DNA of 64,000 bases from an uncultured archaeon (GCA_963782915.1 CAWALK010000020.1:192001-256000), one strand, 5' to 3'; shown: positions 30,769-41,630, counted from the first letter of the stretch. The notes: generated from the sequence alone by a model not told the origin. Program-made: numbers and translations.

Positions 30769-30903
30769 GCCGGGGTAGCCTAGCCTGGCTAGGGCGCCAG
30801 ACTCATAATCTGGAGAACAAGTAGGGCCATACGCCCCTGTCCAGAAGTCGCGGGCTCGAAGCTATAATACAGCATTATGGCGAGAATCCCGCCCCCGGCA
30901 CCA
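30769..30903 (+). tRNA. tRNA with CAT anticodon (probably elongator Met), introns at 45/46 (30816..30846) and 59/60 (30861..30886); CCA encoded
   Basis: Acceptor GCCGGGG/CCCCGGC; anticodon arm CCAGA-CTCATAA-TCTGG; after intron removal variable loop AGGTC and T arm GCGGG-CTCGAAT-CCCGC; BHB-type motifs at both introns. Confidence 0.93.
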
Positions 30904-30924
30904 AACAATTTTCATTCTAAAATT

Positions 30925-31401
30925 CTAGAGTTGCTTGAGGTTCTGGGCAAACTCTTCTGCATGTTTTAGGTCTTCAGCGTCAGGTTTACCCTTGTTCATG
31001 CCGCCGAACACTTTAAGGAAACTGTTAGTGTTAAACCCGTGGCAATTAAACTCATCAACAATCGTGTAGCCTTTGGTTTGCAGTTTTTCCCTGAGTGCAG
31101 TGTGGATTTTAGCTTTGTATGTGGGGTTTGAGACTCCGCTGGTTGAGAAAATAAATACTTTCTTGTCGGTGACGTTGGGTAGTTGGTCGGCGAAGTCCAG
31201 CAGGGGTTTGTAGTGTTTTCCGCTATCAATCCCAGCGCCAAAACCGATCAGTCGATACTGTTGGAGTTCTTGGGGGTTTGCCTGCTGTGGCGTCACTATT
31301 TCTGCGTCAAGAACTTTAGCGAAAACCTCAGCTATTTTCTGAGTGTTATTGTGATGATACGAATATACAACTAATAGAGCTTTCATTATTTTCATTTCCA
31401 C
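30925..31401 (-). CDS. Flavodoxin family protein
   Basis: YSYHHNNTQKIAE, IGFGAGI, FIFSTSG, GKPDAEDLKHAEEFA. Confidence 0.88.
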   Translation of the reverse strand: MEMKIMKALLVVYSYHHNNTQKIAEVFAKVLDAEIVTPQQANPQELQQYRLIGFGAGIDSGKHYKPLLDFADQLPNVTDKKVFIFSTSGVSNPTYKAKIHTALREKLQTKGYTIVDEFNCHGFNTNSFLKVFGGMNKGKPDAEDLKHAEEFAQNLKQL

Positions 31402-31406
31402 GCTTT

Positions 31407-32415
31407 TTAACCGTAATATTGCTTTAGTGCTTTAAGTGCATTTAGAGTTATCCATTTGCTGTCTTCGCCCTTGCGCTCAATGTTAGCTTGGTATCTGCCG
31501 TTGAAGGTGTTCTCCAGTTTCCATCTCCCCAGCCTATCCTGTTTGGAGACGACGAGGTCAACGGCTTCCTGCATTCGTTCATCCCTAACTCCAAGCTTTG
31601 TTAGTACCCTCAGAATCTCCAATGCGTCTGTTTGATACATTAGGGGAAAACCGAAATGCAGCCACCCAGGCTTTGACACCTTGCTTAAATCGTGGCTTTT
31701 TTTGTAGATGTGATGTTTGAGGAAATATTCGGTGCCCTTTTGGATGGTGGTTTTAGTTTTGCTGTCCCTTTGATCGGCTGGAATTTCCGCGAGCGCCTTT
31801 AGGGCTTTTGCTGCGCCCATATGGCAACTATGCTTCCCAAAGCACATCTCGAATCTGTCGTATGGCCAACCCTTCGGTGCACCCTCTCCATCGGCATCAT
31901 CGAATCGCTGATAAGTCGATATCCAATTGATTGCATCTTGTACTCTTGGGTCTTCAAGGTACCCCAATCTGATTAGGCTCCAGACCATGTTGCCCGTTAG
32001 GCAGGGTATAACTCCGCTTTGTCTGCCTCCGCCTGTTTTCTCGGCTTTTGCCATGGAGAACCCGTGGCTTTCGTGGTGCTGGCTGTTTTGGAGGATGAAT
32101 TCGCAGGCTTTCTTTATGCGGTCATCGGTTGGGTCTGGCGCCGAGTTCCGCCAAAATGATAAGTTGCCAGAGGTTCCCTTGTATTTGGCAGTGTAAAAGC
32201 TGCCGGGGGTTTCCCAGTAGCCGTTGCTGTTCATTTTGGCGAGGATTTTTGGCACAACCCCTTTGTCATAATTGCCTTTTTTGCCTCTAGACTTCGGGGC
32301 TTTTTTGGGGTTTTTCTAAGATATCAGTTAGTGTGAAGTAGCGGACAGATGGGTTTTCCTCTTCCAAAAGCCACTCAGTTGGGTCCCCTTTAAGGATAGT
32401 TTTCCAATCGCCCAT
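31407..32415 (-). CDS. Alpha/alpha-barrel prenyltransferase-repeat-like protein (5' end frameshifted)
   Basis: N-terminus MGDWKTILKGDPTEWLLEEENPSVRY; PCLTGN, FGFPLMYQTD, KQDRLGRW, SKWITLNA. Confidence 0.7.
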
Positions 32416-32529
32416 TCAAATCCCCCTGTCAAATCTAACCTATGGTTGAGAGAATTGTGCTTAAATGATTTTCCAGTCCATTCAGATAGCTATTTATCGA
32501 AAGCCTCAGCGCTAATACTTGTGGTTTAC

Positions 32530-33000
32530 ATGCAGTTTTTCCGCTTAAGAGACGACGAATCAAGAAATTGGCGCAACCATCTCATAATACAGTTAGGCAA
32601 AGAAGAATTCAATGCCCTAAAAACCCGATTCGACACTCAAGTGCCCAAACTAACCTGCCAAGCCATAATCCGCAGTGGCAACCCATATGTCGTCTTCGAA
32701 TACGGCGGCTCCATCTGCCTCAGCGAAGCTTTTGGAAGCGGCGAAACCTTGGGTGAAAAATTAGTCGCCGGCGACATCGTAACCGTCATCTTAACCGATA
32801 AACCAACAAATCAACTGTTCAGTTCCTCTGGTGAGGGGTTGGCATTGGATTTCGGGTTAGACCAAGTCATCATCTATCCCTTCACGTACACTAAAGAGAT
32901 GGAGCAAATCTACGATTTCTATCGGCACTCCACACATTTAAAAGAGGACAAGAGTGATTTAACAAGCAAGACTAAGTCAAAACGGTTATCGTTTAGGTGA
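32530..33000 (+). CDS. Hypothetical protein
   Basis: Open frame overlapping the start of the next gene; no recognisable motif. Confidence 0.55.
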   Translation: MQFFRLRDDESRNWRNHLIIQLGKEEFNALKTRFDTQVPKLTCQAIIRSGNPYVVFEYGGSICLSEAFGSGETLGEKLVAGDIVTVILTDKPTNQLFSSSGEGLALDFGLDQVIIYPFTYTKEMEQIYDFYRHSTHLKEDKSDLTSKTKSKRLSFR

Positions 33001-33461
33001 ATATTATGAATTGCCCCAGATGCGGAAACATAAATGCAGACGGCGCAGGTTACTGTACAAAATGCGGCGCCCAACTAACTAATGCTCAAACCAGCCAGTT
33101 CCTTATCGTAACAACTCCAACAATAGCTGGCTACAAAATCAAAAAAGTACTCGGCATAGTCACAGGCTTAACACCGCGAACCAGAGGAATATTTGGTCAA
33201 TTCGTCGCAGGATTCGAATCCATGGTCGGCGGAGAAGTAACCGCATTCACCTCCGAAGTCGAGAAAGCCCGTTGGGAAGCCATCGAACGCGCCAAATCTC
33301 GAGCAATTGCGCTTGGGGCAAACGCGATTATCGGCATGGATGTGGAAACCTCATCTATGGGCAACCAAAACAGCAGTATAATGTTGTTTTCGGCGACTGG
33401 AACCGCTGTTATAATTGAGCCCGAAGACGTTGCCAAAAGCAACTCGTCAGTCTCCGTTTAG
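32997..33461 (+). CDS. Zinc-ribbon + YbjQ/UPF0145 heavy-metal-binding domain protein
   Basis: CPRCG..YCTKCG; IVTTPTIAGYKIKKVLGIVTG, LGANAIIG, ATGTAV. Confidence 0.88.
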   Translation: MNIMNCPRCGNINADGAGYCTKCGAQLTNAQTSQFLIVTTPTIAGYKIKKVLGIVTGLTPRTRGIFGQFVAGFESMVGGEVTAFTSEVEKARWEAIERAKSRAIALGANAIIGMDVETSSMGNQNSSIMLFSATGTAVIIEPEDVAKSNSSVSV

Positions 33462-33481
33462 TCAGATAGCGGCTGGTTAGC

Positions 33482-35069
33482 TTGAGCTTGATAGAGAAAA
33501 CCAAGCCTTCGCTGCCAGTAGTGCCTAAACACGTGAACTACCCAAATGTGCCTCTGCATGGATTGCTGGAGGTAAGTGCGATGAGGTTTGGGGATAAAAC
33601 CGCTATTGGTGCATGGTGAGCGCACTATCTCTTATTCGGAATTGGATTCGTTGTCAATTCAGTTCGCGAACGCTTTGGTCACATTAGGTGTTGGAAAAGG
33701 TGACCGTGTGGCGATTTATTCTGCCAAACATTCCCCAATTCGTAATTGCATACTTCGGAGCCCTCAAGGCTGGTGCGGTTGTGACGGCGATTAGTCCTAT
33801 GCATCGCGAACGTGAGGTTGAGTATCAACTGCGCGATTCTGGACGCCCAAACAATCGTCACCCTCGACACACTTTACCCTGTAGTGGCGAAGGTTAAGGA
33901 AAAAACGCTCGCTCAAGCACATCATAGTCACTAAATTAGCTGAATGCTGACTTTGGAAAGCTGCTGGAGGCGCACTTCCAAGGACAAGCCCAACGTTGCA
34001 GTCAATCCCACTGAGGATTTGGCTGCGCTCCAATACACAGGCGGCACCACGGGAACAGCCAAAGCAGCAATGCTAACACATAGCAACCTCGTCTCAAACG
34101 CCCTGCAATTCGCCGCCATGATAAAGGGTACAGCAGACGATGTTTTTCTGACTGCGTTGCCGCTTTTCCACATCTACGGTATGACCACCAGTATGACCGT
34201 GCCCATTAGTTTGGGGGCGAAAATGGTGTTGCTGCCCAAGTTTGAACCAACTAAAGCCTGCGAAGCAATCCAGACAGCATAAAGTGACAGTTTTCTGCGG
34301 TGTCCCCACGATGTATCAGTATCTCCTCGGCAACCCCGACCTTGCCCAGTACGATTTGGGGTCGATTCGGGTGTGCATTTCGGGTGCTTCTTCGTTGCCG
34401 CCTCAGGTGCAGAAACGGTTCATGGAGGTTACGGGCGGGTTTTTGGCTGAGGGTTATGGCTTGACGGAGGCGTCGCCTGTTACCCATTGCAGCCCCGTTG
34501 ATAAGGCTTTGTTGCGTGTGGGTTCGATTGGGTTGCCTTTGCCCGATACGGAAGCTAAAATTGTTGATTTAGAAACAGGCGAAAAAGTTCTTGGCATAGG
34601 CGAAGCTGGCGAGTTAGCCGTAAAAGGACCCCAAATCATGAAAGGCTACTGGAACCACCCCGAAGAAACCGCCCTTGTGCTCCGCGACGGTTGGCTCCTC
34701 ACAGGCGACATCGCCCGCATGGACCCAGACGGCTACTTCTACATCGTCGACCGCAAAAAAGACCTAATCAAACACAACGGCTACAGCGTCTACCCCCGAG
34801 AACTCGAAGACATCCTCTACGAGCACCCAGCAGTGAAGCTTTGTGCAGTCGTGGGCAAGCCTGATGTGGCGGCGGGTGAGGTTCCGAAGGCGTTTGTGGT
34901 GCTAAAAGAGGGCTTCTCTGTTTCGGGTGGGATATTGAGGGTTTTTGTTAACGATAAAGTGGCACCTTACAAAGCAATTGCTGAAGTTGAGTTCAGAAAG
35001 GAGTTGCCTATTAGTTCTGCGGGTAAAGTGCTGCGTCGGCAACTGAAAGAGAAGCTGAATCCAACATAG
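33482..35069 (+). CDS. Long-chain fatty-acid--CoA ligase (multiple frameshifts)
   Basis: LQYTGGTTG, LPLFHIYG, EGYGLTEASP, GWLLTGD, VDRKKDLI, GKVLRR. Confidence 0.9.
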
Positions 35070-35126
35070 AAACCACACAAAGTCTCATGCGCTACCTCCC
35101 TCCCCTATCAGGGGATCAAAGTTCTG

Positions 35127-35245
35127 TTCTGCTTGCGGTTTGCTCCACAACCAGCTTGCAACATAAACCAGACGCTAAACGCCAAAAGCAATGGGCGGCA
35201 TAATCGATTGGTTGTTGTTGTGTATAGGCGGTTTTTGGCAACAAC
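35127..35245 (+). repeat. About 120-bp structured intergenic repeat, copy 1
   Basis: Ungapped 94-nt alignment to 53065..53158 (69/94 by manual count), then a shared GTTGTTG...GCAACAAC hairpin. Confidence 0.8.
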
Positions 35246-35280
35246 ACACTGTAGAAAAAACAAGCCGAAAAAAGGAAAAT

Positions 35281-35610
35281 TTATTTAGAGACAAGAAAGC
35301 CAATAACGAATCCAACAATGAACCCGATGCCCAACGGTAACATACCAAACAGTAATGTTCCAAACTGGACTGCCATGGGTCCATACTGGACTGCTAAATC
35401 ACTCATTGCCCCAAGGTTCAATGTATAGAAGCCCAGATACGCAACTATGATTGCGATTGCCGCTGCGATTATTGCGAATTTGAGGAATTTATGCAATAGA
35501 AAGCCTACGACGACTCCGATGACTAGCGGAATTATCATTATGATAAGTGGTGATAAACCGGCTATGCTTCCGGAAGTGACAAAACCGAATACATCCTCTA
35601 TTATGCCCAA
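35281..35610 (-). CDS. FUN14-like small membrane protein
   Basis: IGVVVGFLLHKFLK...GFIVGFVIGF pattern. Confidence 0.65.
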   Translation of the reverse strand: MGIIEDVFGFVTSGSIAGLSPLIIMIIPLVIGVVVGFLLHKFLKFAIIAAAIAIIVAYLGFYTLNLGAMSDLAVQYGPMAVQFGTLLFGMLPLGIGFIVGFVIGFLVSK

Positions 35611-35721
35611 CTGAATCTCTCCTCTAACTGACTGGTTAGCTATTGGAGGGCATATGGTATATACTTTTGCTGCTTGAATCCACAGGGTTTGCGTGAGCTT
35701 CTTTATTTAAGACTCAGACAG

Positions 35722-35922
35722 TTATTTTTTGAGGATTTTTAGCACTACTTTTTCGCCCATCCAACAGAAAAACAGTATCGCACAGAAGGGGCCTAAGAAG
35801 AAGCCGAAGATAATCTCGTTGTTCTGAGTTGCCGCCTGAGCTAAAACTGGGTAAGTAACTACGCCTGCAATGACAAAGCAAACTGTTAGGATAAATGCGA
35901 TGGCAAAAGTGGCTGGTTTCAT
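35722..35922 (-). CDS. Small two-TM membrane protein
   Basis: Two hydrophobic segments and a basic C-terminus. Confidence 0.5.
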   Translation of the reverse strand: MKPATFAIAFILTVCFVIAGVVTYPVLAQAATQNNEIIFGFFLGPFCAILFFCWMGEKVVLKILKK

Positions 35923-36094
35923 GTTGTATCGAACTGTTCTTTGATTGTCTTAAAGATTATCCGGTAAAACTAGAAATGTATAAGAGAAAATTGCGAAAAA
36001 AACGAAATATTCGTCGTGGGGATTTATATCGTTCTGAACCAAATAATGTTAGATTGAGGTTCATTGGCGTGGAAAACCACAAATCGTGGTTAAA

Positions 36095-36252
36095 AAGCTG
36101 TTTACGCCTATGATGACAACCAAATCGAAGGGTCAAGGATTCGGTTTAGCAGTGGTTAAAGCCTGACAGAAGGTTTAGGTGGAACAGTGACCTTTGAGAG
36201 TGAAGAGGGCAAAGGAACAATTTTTATTATGCGTTTCCCCCCAAAGAGATAA
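36095..36252 (+). pseudogene. Isolated C-terminal remnant of a histidine kinase ATPase domain
   Basis: KLFTPMMTTKSKGQGFGLAVVK, frameshift, LTEGLGGTVTFESEEGKGTIFIMRFP; no upstream kinase sequence. Confidence 0.8.
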
Positions 36253-36422
36253 ACGGTAAATGGACCTACAAGTAAAGTTTTGGAGCTTAGCTCAATTTTG
36301 TAAAAGCGTGGTATTAATGGGTTGATATACTGCGTTTTTTACACTGATAATGTTAATTCTATCCGTAATGATGTTTATCCTCAGGGCCCTGACTGACTAA
36401 GTTTACTTATCAATGAATAAGA

Positions 36423-36463
36423 AAATCGTAATTACAAGGATAGAATATTACGTTTTTTTCGGA
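36423..36463 (+). repeat. 41-bp direct repeat, copy 1 (left edge of AT-rich cassette)
   Basis: aaatcgtaattacaaggatagaatattacgtttttttcgga; 39/41 identical to 41874..41914. Confidence 0.9.
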
Positions 36464-36659
36464 CCTATATCTCGCCCAAAGTCGGAAGTGGGAATTTGGG
36501 CCGAAGATCTTAAAAATTTTTTTCCGTTGATTACTTCCTTAACAAAAAATTTTATTCTTGTAGGTTTGTGGCTGTTTGTAGTAGTTCACACATGCCTATT
36601 AGATGATGGATGTTACTTTATACCGTTCTAAAAAATTCCGATTTTTCGGAGGTGATTTT

Positions 36660-37181
36660 ATGGTTATGTCTCAACGAACGGTTATGTATGGTCCAATGCA
36701 GTTGCTTGCAATAGGATTTCCGGGTAACAAGTTTAGCGGTGAAATTCTTCCAGCGATAAATGATGCCAGAAATACAGATTTAATTCGGATGATTGATTAC
36801 CTATTTATAGCTAAAGATGCAAACGGCAATATAGGTGCGGTTAAAGGTTCAGATCTAGGCAAAAAAGAAATCAAACAGCTTGATTCAGTTTTAGGTGCGT
36901 TGATAGGTTTAGGTGCAGGCGGCATAGAAGGCGCAAAAATTGGAGCTATAGAAGGTGCTAAATTCGGCGAACGCGACTTTGGCTTATCGAAGCAAAACAT
37001 TAGAGAAATCGCAGAAAATATTCCTAACAATAGTTCCGCATTGCTGATGTTAGTAGAGCATTTGTGGGCTAAGGGCATTAAGCAGGCGTTGGTTAATTCG
37101 GGCGGAATTATGCTAGCACAAGGAATGGTGACACCGGAAGTTATAGTAGAAATTGGCGCTGCATTAAGAGCACAAGCCTAA
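36660..37181 (+). CDS. DUF1269/DUF6325-like protein
   Basis: GPMQLLAIGFPGNKFSGEI, IRMIDYLFIAKD, IPNNSSALLMLVEHLWA; GGAGGTGA SD. Confidence 0.8.
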   Translation: MVMSQRTVMYGPMQLLAIGFPGNKFSGEILPAINDARNTDLIRMIDYLFIAKDANGNIGAVKGSDLGKKEIKQLDSVLGALIGLGAGGIEGAKIGAIEGAKFGERDFGLSKQNIREIAENIPNNSSALLMLVEHLWAKGIKQALVNSGGIMLAQGMVTPEVIVEIGAALRAQA

Positions 37182-37365
37182 TTTTTCTACTCATTACTGC
37201 TCTAAATTAGAAGAAGAACACGTTTTAAGTCGTCCAGAATGTATGTCTCGACTTAACGTTTTCCTTTTTTTACATCATAGTTACAAAAGTATTTTGATGA
37301 GGATATTTCAATAAGTTGGCTAGTCAAAATTTTATAATACAGGTAGCGAGGACGCATAAAAAAAA

Positions 37366-38031
37366 TTAGCCACCTAAAATCAAAGTTATTATTACAATTA
37401 TCAATCCAATAATAATTAACTCAACGGCCATTAACAGCTTATTTCTAAAAACATATTTTGCATAAAACCAACCTAGTACACCTAAGCATGCAATAGCTAT
37501 ATAAAAAGCTAGCAACAAGGCATTAAACAGATTCGGTATAACTAACAATGGCCAAACAACTAATATGCCTACAATAAAAACTAAAAAGCCCTTATAAAAA
37601 CCGCCGATATAGTCATTTCTTCTTGATAGACGGGAAGGTTTCTCAAGCACTTTTGCCTTTTCATAAATCTCTATCGCGAATTCTCTTTTTAATTTGGTGC
37701 TGAACTGCTCAAGCGAGCTCTTGTCAAGGTCTTGTTCTATTTGCGCAATTGCTGCATCTCGGTCATTTGATGCTTTTACGCTAAATCCATACCTCAAATA
37801 GGTTCCTCTTTCAAACCCTTTCTCAAAAATGTATAGAAAACCGTGAAGCGCACCATGCGCAATATTTACAGATATCGCTGTAATGGCAATTATCAATGCA
37901 AGTCCTTCAGTTTTTGAGGCAGCAAGAGTAAGGCTGCTGATAGTAATCATCGTTGCAATTACCCCAAAGAGCATACCACCTGTACTATCAGAAATTTCTA
38001 TACGATGCTTAACCATAAAAAGTGCCTCCAC
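37366..38031 (-). CDS. VIT1/CCC1-like membrane protein
   Basis: Five-TM layout with soluble insert; paralogue of the neighbour. Confidence 0.55.
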   Translation of the reverse strand: MEALFMVKHRIEISDSTGGMLFGVIATMITISSLTLAASKTEGLALIIAITAISVNIAHGALHGFLYIFEKGFERGTYLRYGFSVKASNDRDAAIAQIEQDLDKSSLEQFSTKLKREFAIEIYEKAKVLEKPSRLSRRNDYIGGFYKGFLVFIVGILVVWPLLVIPNLFNALLLAFYIAIACLGVLGWFYAKYVFRNKLLMAVELIIIGLIIVIITLILGG

Positions 38032-38051
38032 AAAAAACTCTTGGTTGGAGA

Positions 38052-38741
38052 TTATCCTCCTAGAAAGTATGTCAATACTGTAATGAATATGCCCAAGAGA
38101 GAGTAAATGATTCCTTTCCTCGCCTTAACCAACGGTCCCTTACGCGTCTCAGTCCAAAAACCAATGACGAACATAAGAACAATTGCTATAACAACCGCCA
38201 AATTCAGCAACTGAGGAATTGCTAGCACATTTCGCAGCAATATGAGGGGAAAAATGATTACCAGACAAGCGCCAAGGTTCAAGCACATATCAAGAAAGAT
38301 TGTAATGATGCTGTCTTTAGCTGGGACTTTCTCTTTTGACTTTATCTCGGAATAATTGGACACGATTTTTTCGTAAAGTTTTTTCTTTTCATCCTCGTCC
38401 AGAACGTTTACGTGAGTATCTTGCAGGTCCTCCTCAACCATCTTAAGGCTCATATCCGTCTGCTTTGGGCCTTTTGCATAGTTGGAGATTAGGTTCTTTC
38501 TTGCGGTTAGGTCGTGGTTCTCAAAAACATAGAAGAAACCGTCAACTATTCCCCAGGCAATGCAACAGGAAATGGCAGCAACGACTACCAAAGCTGCAAT
38601 TCGGTCGAGGAGGGCTGGATAAGCATATAGCGCCTGATTTCTTAGAATAGCAAGAAAACACAGGGTCATTACAACCCCGAAAATTGGTTCAGCGGCGAAC
38701 CAGAATCTACCGAAATAATCGGATAAGCCCATAATTTGCAC
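38052..38741 (-). CDS. VIT1/CCC1-like membrane protein
   Basis: EPIFGVVMTL...CCIAWGIVDG; five-TM layout; ends LGG like the neighbour. Confidence 0.6.
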   Translation of the reverse strand: MQIMGLSDYFGRFWFAAEPIFGVVMTLCFLAILRNQALYAYPALLDRIAALVVVAAISCCIAWGIVDGFFYVFENHDLTARKNLISNYAKGPKQTDMSLKMVEEDLQDTHVNVLDEDEKKKLYEKIVSNYSEIKSKEKVPAKDSIITIFLDMCLNLGACLVIIFPLILLRNVLAIPQLLNLAVVIAIVLMFVIGFWTETRKGPLVKARKGIIYSLLGIFITVLTYFLGG

Positions 38742-38981
38742 TATCCCTTCACTTTTCTGGTTGATGAATCCTGTCTAAGCGGTGATGACTCGCAATTTGA
38801 AAAATATTGAAAATATCAATTAGCGGCAACATTGCTTGCAACAGGATATTCTTCAAGAAAATGACCAAACGTATTAAGCTTAACAATTAATATTAACTTT
38901 CGTTGCAATCGCTAATTTGATTTTATAACTTCGTTTTCAAATATTGTTGTACTTTATTGCAGCCACATATATTTTTTAGAA

Positions 38982-39320
38982 ATGATTGGATTTCTCATGA
39001 TTGGTGAAATTTTGGTAAGTATTTTGAATTTGATAGGCAAAACTGTCATCACAAAAAAAGGAACAGTTCTGGGGAAACTCGCCGACTTGGATTTGGATGA
39101 CCTCACTCTGACACCGGTAGCATTCCATGTTGAACTAAGTGATGAAGTAGCAAAAACCTACGGCGCTAAGAGCGGCTTTATGAAAAAATCGGTGATACCC
39201 TTACCCATCAAAATGGTGAAGACTCCAATAGCCGACACTGTTATGTTAACAGAAGAAATAACAAATATTGACGAACTTCGCAACCGTGTAACAACCACAA
39301 GTGGGATTCCAAGATTGTAA
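38982..39320 (+). CDS. PRC-barrel domain protein
   Basis: LIGKTVITKKGTVLGKLADLDLD. Confidence 0.8.
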   Translation: MIGFLMIGEILVSILNLIGKTVITKKGTVLGKLADLDLDDLTLTPVAFHVELSDEVAKTYGAKSGFMKKSVIPLPIKMVKTPIADTVMLTEEITNIDELRNRVTTTSGIPRL

Positions 39321-39504
39321 AAATCAATTTCCGCTCAAAAACACAATTATAAGGTTTTAATAGATTTTTTTCTTCCCTGACGTAACGATTGCAATAATGA
39401 AAAGTTGTTAAATTCTATAATTCGTTCTTTTTTTGACTAATTAGTTTAATTCATGTAATAAAAATAGTGCTATTTTTTAAAATCGAAATATTAAGTGATT
39501 TCAT

Positions 39505-40164
39505 TTGTCTGAGATAGAGGGTAATAAACCGTCCATACCTAAACTAAGCATTGAAGGTCTTAATGACCTTATTTTTGGGCTTGCTTTGACTATTGGCGCC
39601 GTTACTCTTGTAGGGAATCCGCCGACCACTCCTAATGAAATGTATGTTGATATTGCAATTTTTGCTTTTAGCTACTACATTCTCATTTCACTATGGATGA
39701 GGCATAAACAAATTATGTCAGTGCTGCCGCTTGAAAGAAATAGAACAACGCTAACCAACGTTTTCCTACTGTTTTGTGTTTCCATTGAACCGTTCTTATT
39801 CAACATGCTTCAAACACCTATCACTGGAGCTGAAAGCTTCACTTTTCTTGGGACTGCGTCTGCTGTTTTCGCTATAGACCTTGGCGTGATGATGCTGATG
39901 CAAGCGCTATTATGCGATGAGGTTGGCACAGAAGACCGAAAACTTGTTCCACAAGACTTAATCCACCCGCTTAAGGTAGAAAGAAACGCTTGGTTTCTAT
40001 GTGGTGGTATCTTTTTCGTATCAGCGATTCCCGTTTTTTGGTCAATCGAGATTAGCGGACTTGCGCTCAGATATTGGATATGGATAATTCCCTTGGGCTT
40101 GGCTTGGGTTGACAGAGTTTACCGACTACGGCTAAAGAGAAGACGATCAAAAAGTCAACTTTAA
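39505..40164 (+). CDS. TMEM175/DUF1211 family K+ channel-like protein
   Basis: IEGLNDLIFGLALTI (variant of RxxxFSDxxFxxxxT), LWMRH, NVFLLFCVSIEPF. Confidence 0.75.
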   Translation: MSEIEGNKPSIPKLSIEGLNDLIFGLALTIGAVTLVGNPPTTPNEMYVDIAIFAFSYYILISLWMRHKQIMSVLPLERNRTTLTNVFLLFCVSIEPFLFNMLQTPITGAESFTFLGTASAVFAIDLGVMMLMQALLCDEVGTEDRKLVPQDLIHPLKVERNAWFLCGGIFFVSAIPVFWSIEISGLALRYWIWIIPLGLAWVDRVYRLRLKRRRSKSQL

Positions 40165-40199
40165 AGAAAGTTTTAGGTGAATTGCTGCAACCTAATTAC

Positions 40200-41630
40200 T
40201 TATTGCCTTTTTGCAGCAACAATACGGCCTTCATTAATGGCATCTAATAGTTCTTGGTAGTCGCCCTCTGTCTGTTCAGCATAAGCTACACTGAAATCGG
40301 CAATAGCTTCATCAAATTCTGAACCATCGTTGAGGTAACCGGCAATCTCTACAGCATCCCCAGAACGAGCATGAGCATGCGCCAAACAATTGCTGCAGCC
40401 TGCAAGATACTTCCCTAAGCCATTCTTATCTAACAATGACACTTCTAATGAGCCTTTCATGTCTTTTAGTTGTCGCCAGTAATATTCTCGTTCAGCAAAA
40501 ACTGGGCTTTTGCTTCTTCCAAGGAAAATGTCACTTGCCGACTGCATTAGTCGTTGTCCTGACACTACCCGCTCTGAATGATTGGCAAATTCTTCTTGAG
40601 GCAAATAACGCTCAAGTACTGAAGGTCCAGCCTCTTTTTGTTGTAGAATAAGTGCATCATCAGCAGAGTTAGCCTGCAGCAAGCTTATGAAACAGCGAGT
40701 ACCCACACTGCCTACACCGACAACCCTCAGAGCAGTGTCGACAACATGATAATGACCTAAAAGTTTGCGCCGGTCGGCTGTAACACTGCTGACATACTCA
40801 AGCCAACCCTTTTCGAGATCATTTTGCGAAACTTTGAATTTCTCGTCATCGATTAAAAGATCACTCTTCAACAGGTCAGTTGTACGAATTGTTAAAGGAG
40901 GAGCATTGATAAACTGGCGTTGACCGTGTGCAATCTCGGTAAGTTTTTCTAGTGTTTGTTCTTTTGTACTAGTTTTAGCTTTATTTAGCGTTTTTTTCAT
41001 TATGCTCAACTCTTTCTTCGAAGCAGAAGACGTTTTTACCAGATTTTCAGTGTCAATGGAATAGTACCAAACGTCAAGAGTAGGCATAGCTGCAAAGGAT
41101 GTAATCGATTTGCGATATTTTTTGGCCACACGCTTGGCTAGCTTGCGATTATCCTCTGCTTTAAGACCGTTTTGTTTTCCTGCTAGGACTGCACTTACTG
41201 CCAGGCGTTTTAGATCCCACTCCCATGGCCCAGGGTAGCATTCATCAAAATCGTTAATGTCGAAGATTAATTTGCGTTCCGGGGATGCAAAGATACCGAA
41301 ATTGGCGAGATGCGCATCTCCACAAAGCATTGTTTTGATGCCGCTTACAGGAGTTTTGGAGAGATCGGCTGCCATAACCACGGCTGATCCTCTAAAGAAC
41401 GCAAAAGAGGAAGTAGCCATGCGTCCATACTTGATCGGTAATAAGAAGGATAGGCGCCCTTTGTCATTTTCCTGAATTAAACTCATTGGATTTTGAGAAC
41501 TTTTCGCACGCTTCCAATGAGCATGACTCTTCCAAGGAATTTCCTTGTTAAGGGTTTTTCCTTTTTGCCATCGCTCATCACGACTTAGGGCTCCAATTAG
41601 CTGTTTAGGTTTAGTATTGATTGGCAACAA
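40200..41630 (-). CDS. DUF2252 family protein (kinase-like)
   Basis: RMATSSFAFFRGSA, CGDAHLANFG, FDINDFDE, RVVGVGSVGTR, RQLKDMKGS, LAHAHARSGD. Confidence 0.92.
   Translation of the reverse strand: MLPINTKPKQLIGALSRDERWQKGKTLNKEIPWKSHAHWKRAKSSQNPMSLIQENDKGRLSFLLPIKYGRMATSSFAFFRGSAVVMAADLSKTPVSGIKTMLCGDAHLANFGIFASPERKLIFDINDFDECYPGPWEWDLKRLAVSAVLAGKQNGLKAEDNRKLAKRVAKKYRKSITSFAAMPTLDVWYYSIDTENLVKTSSASKKELSIMKKTLNKAKTSTKEQTLEKLTEIAHGQRQFINAPPLTIRTTDLLKSDLLIDDEKFKVSQNDLEKGWLEYVSSVTADRRKLLGHYHVVDTALRVVGVGSVGTRCFISLLQANSADDALILQQKEAGPSVLERYLPQEEFANHSERVVSGQRLMQSASDIFLGRSKSPVFAEREYYWRQLKDMKGSLEVSLLDKNGLGKYLAGCSNCLAHAHARSGDAVEIAGYLNDGSEFDEAIADFSVAYAEQTEGDYQELLDAINEGRIVAAKRQ

Noticed and set aside
30904-36420. 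Integrated element at the 3' end of the tRNA
   Set aside because: No duplicate of the tRNA 3' end and no integrase were seen downstream.
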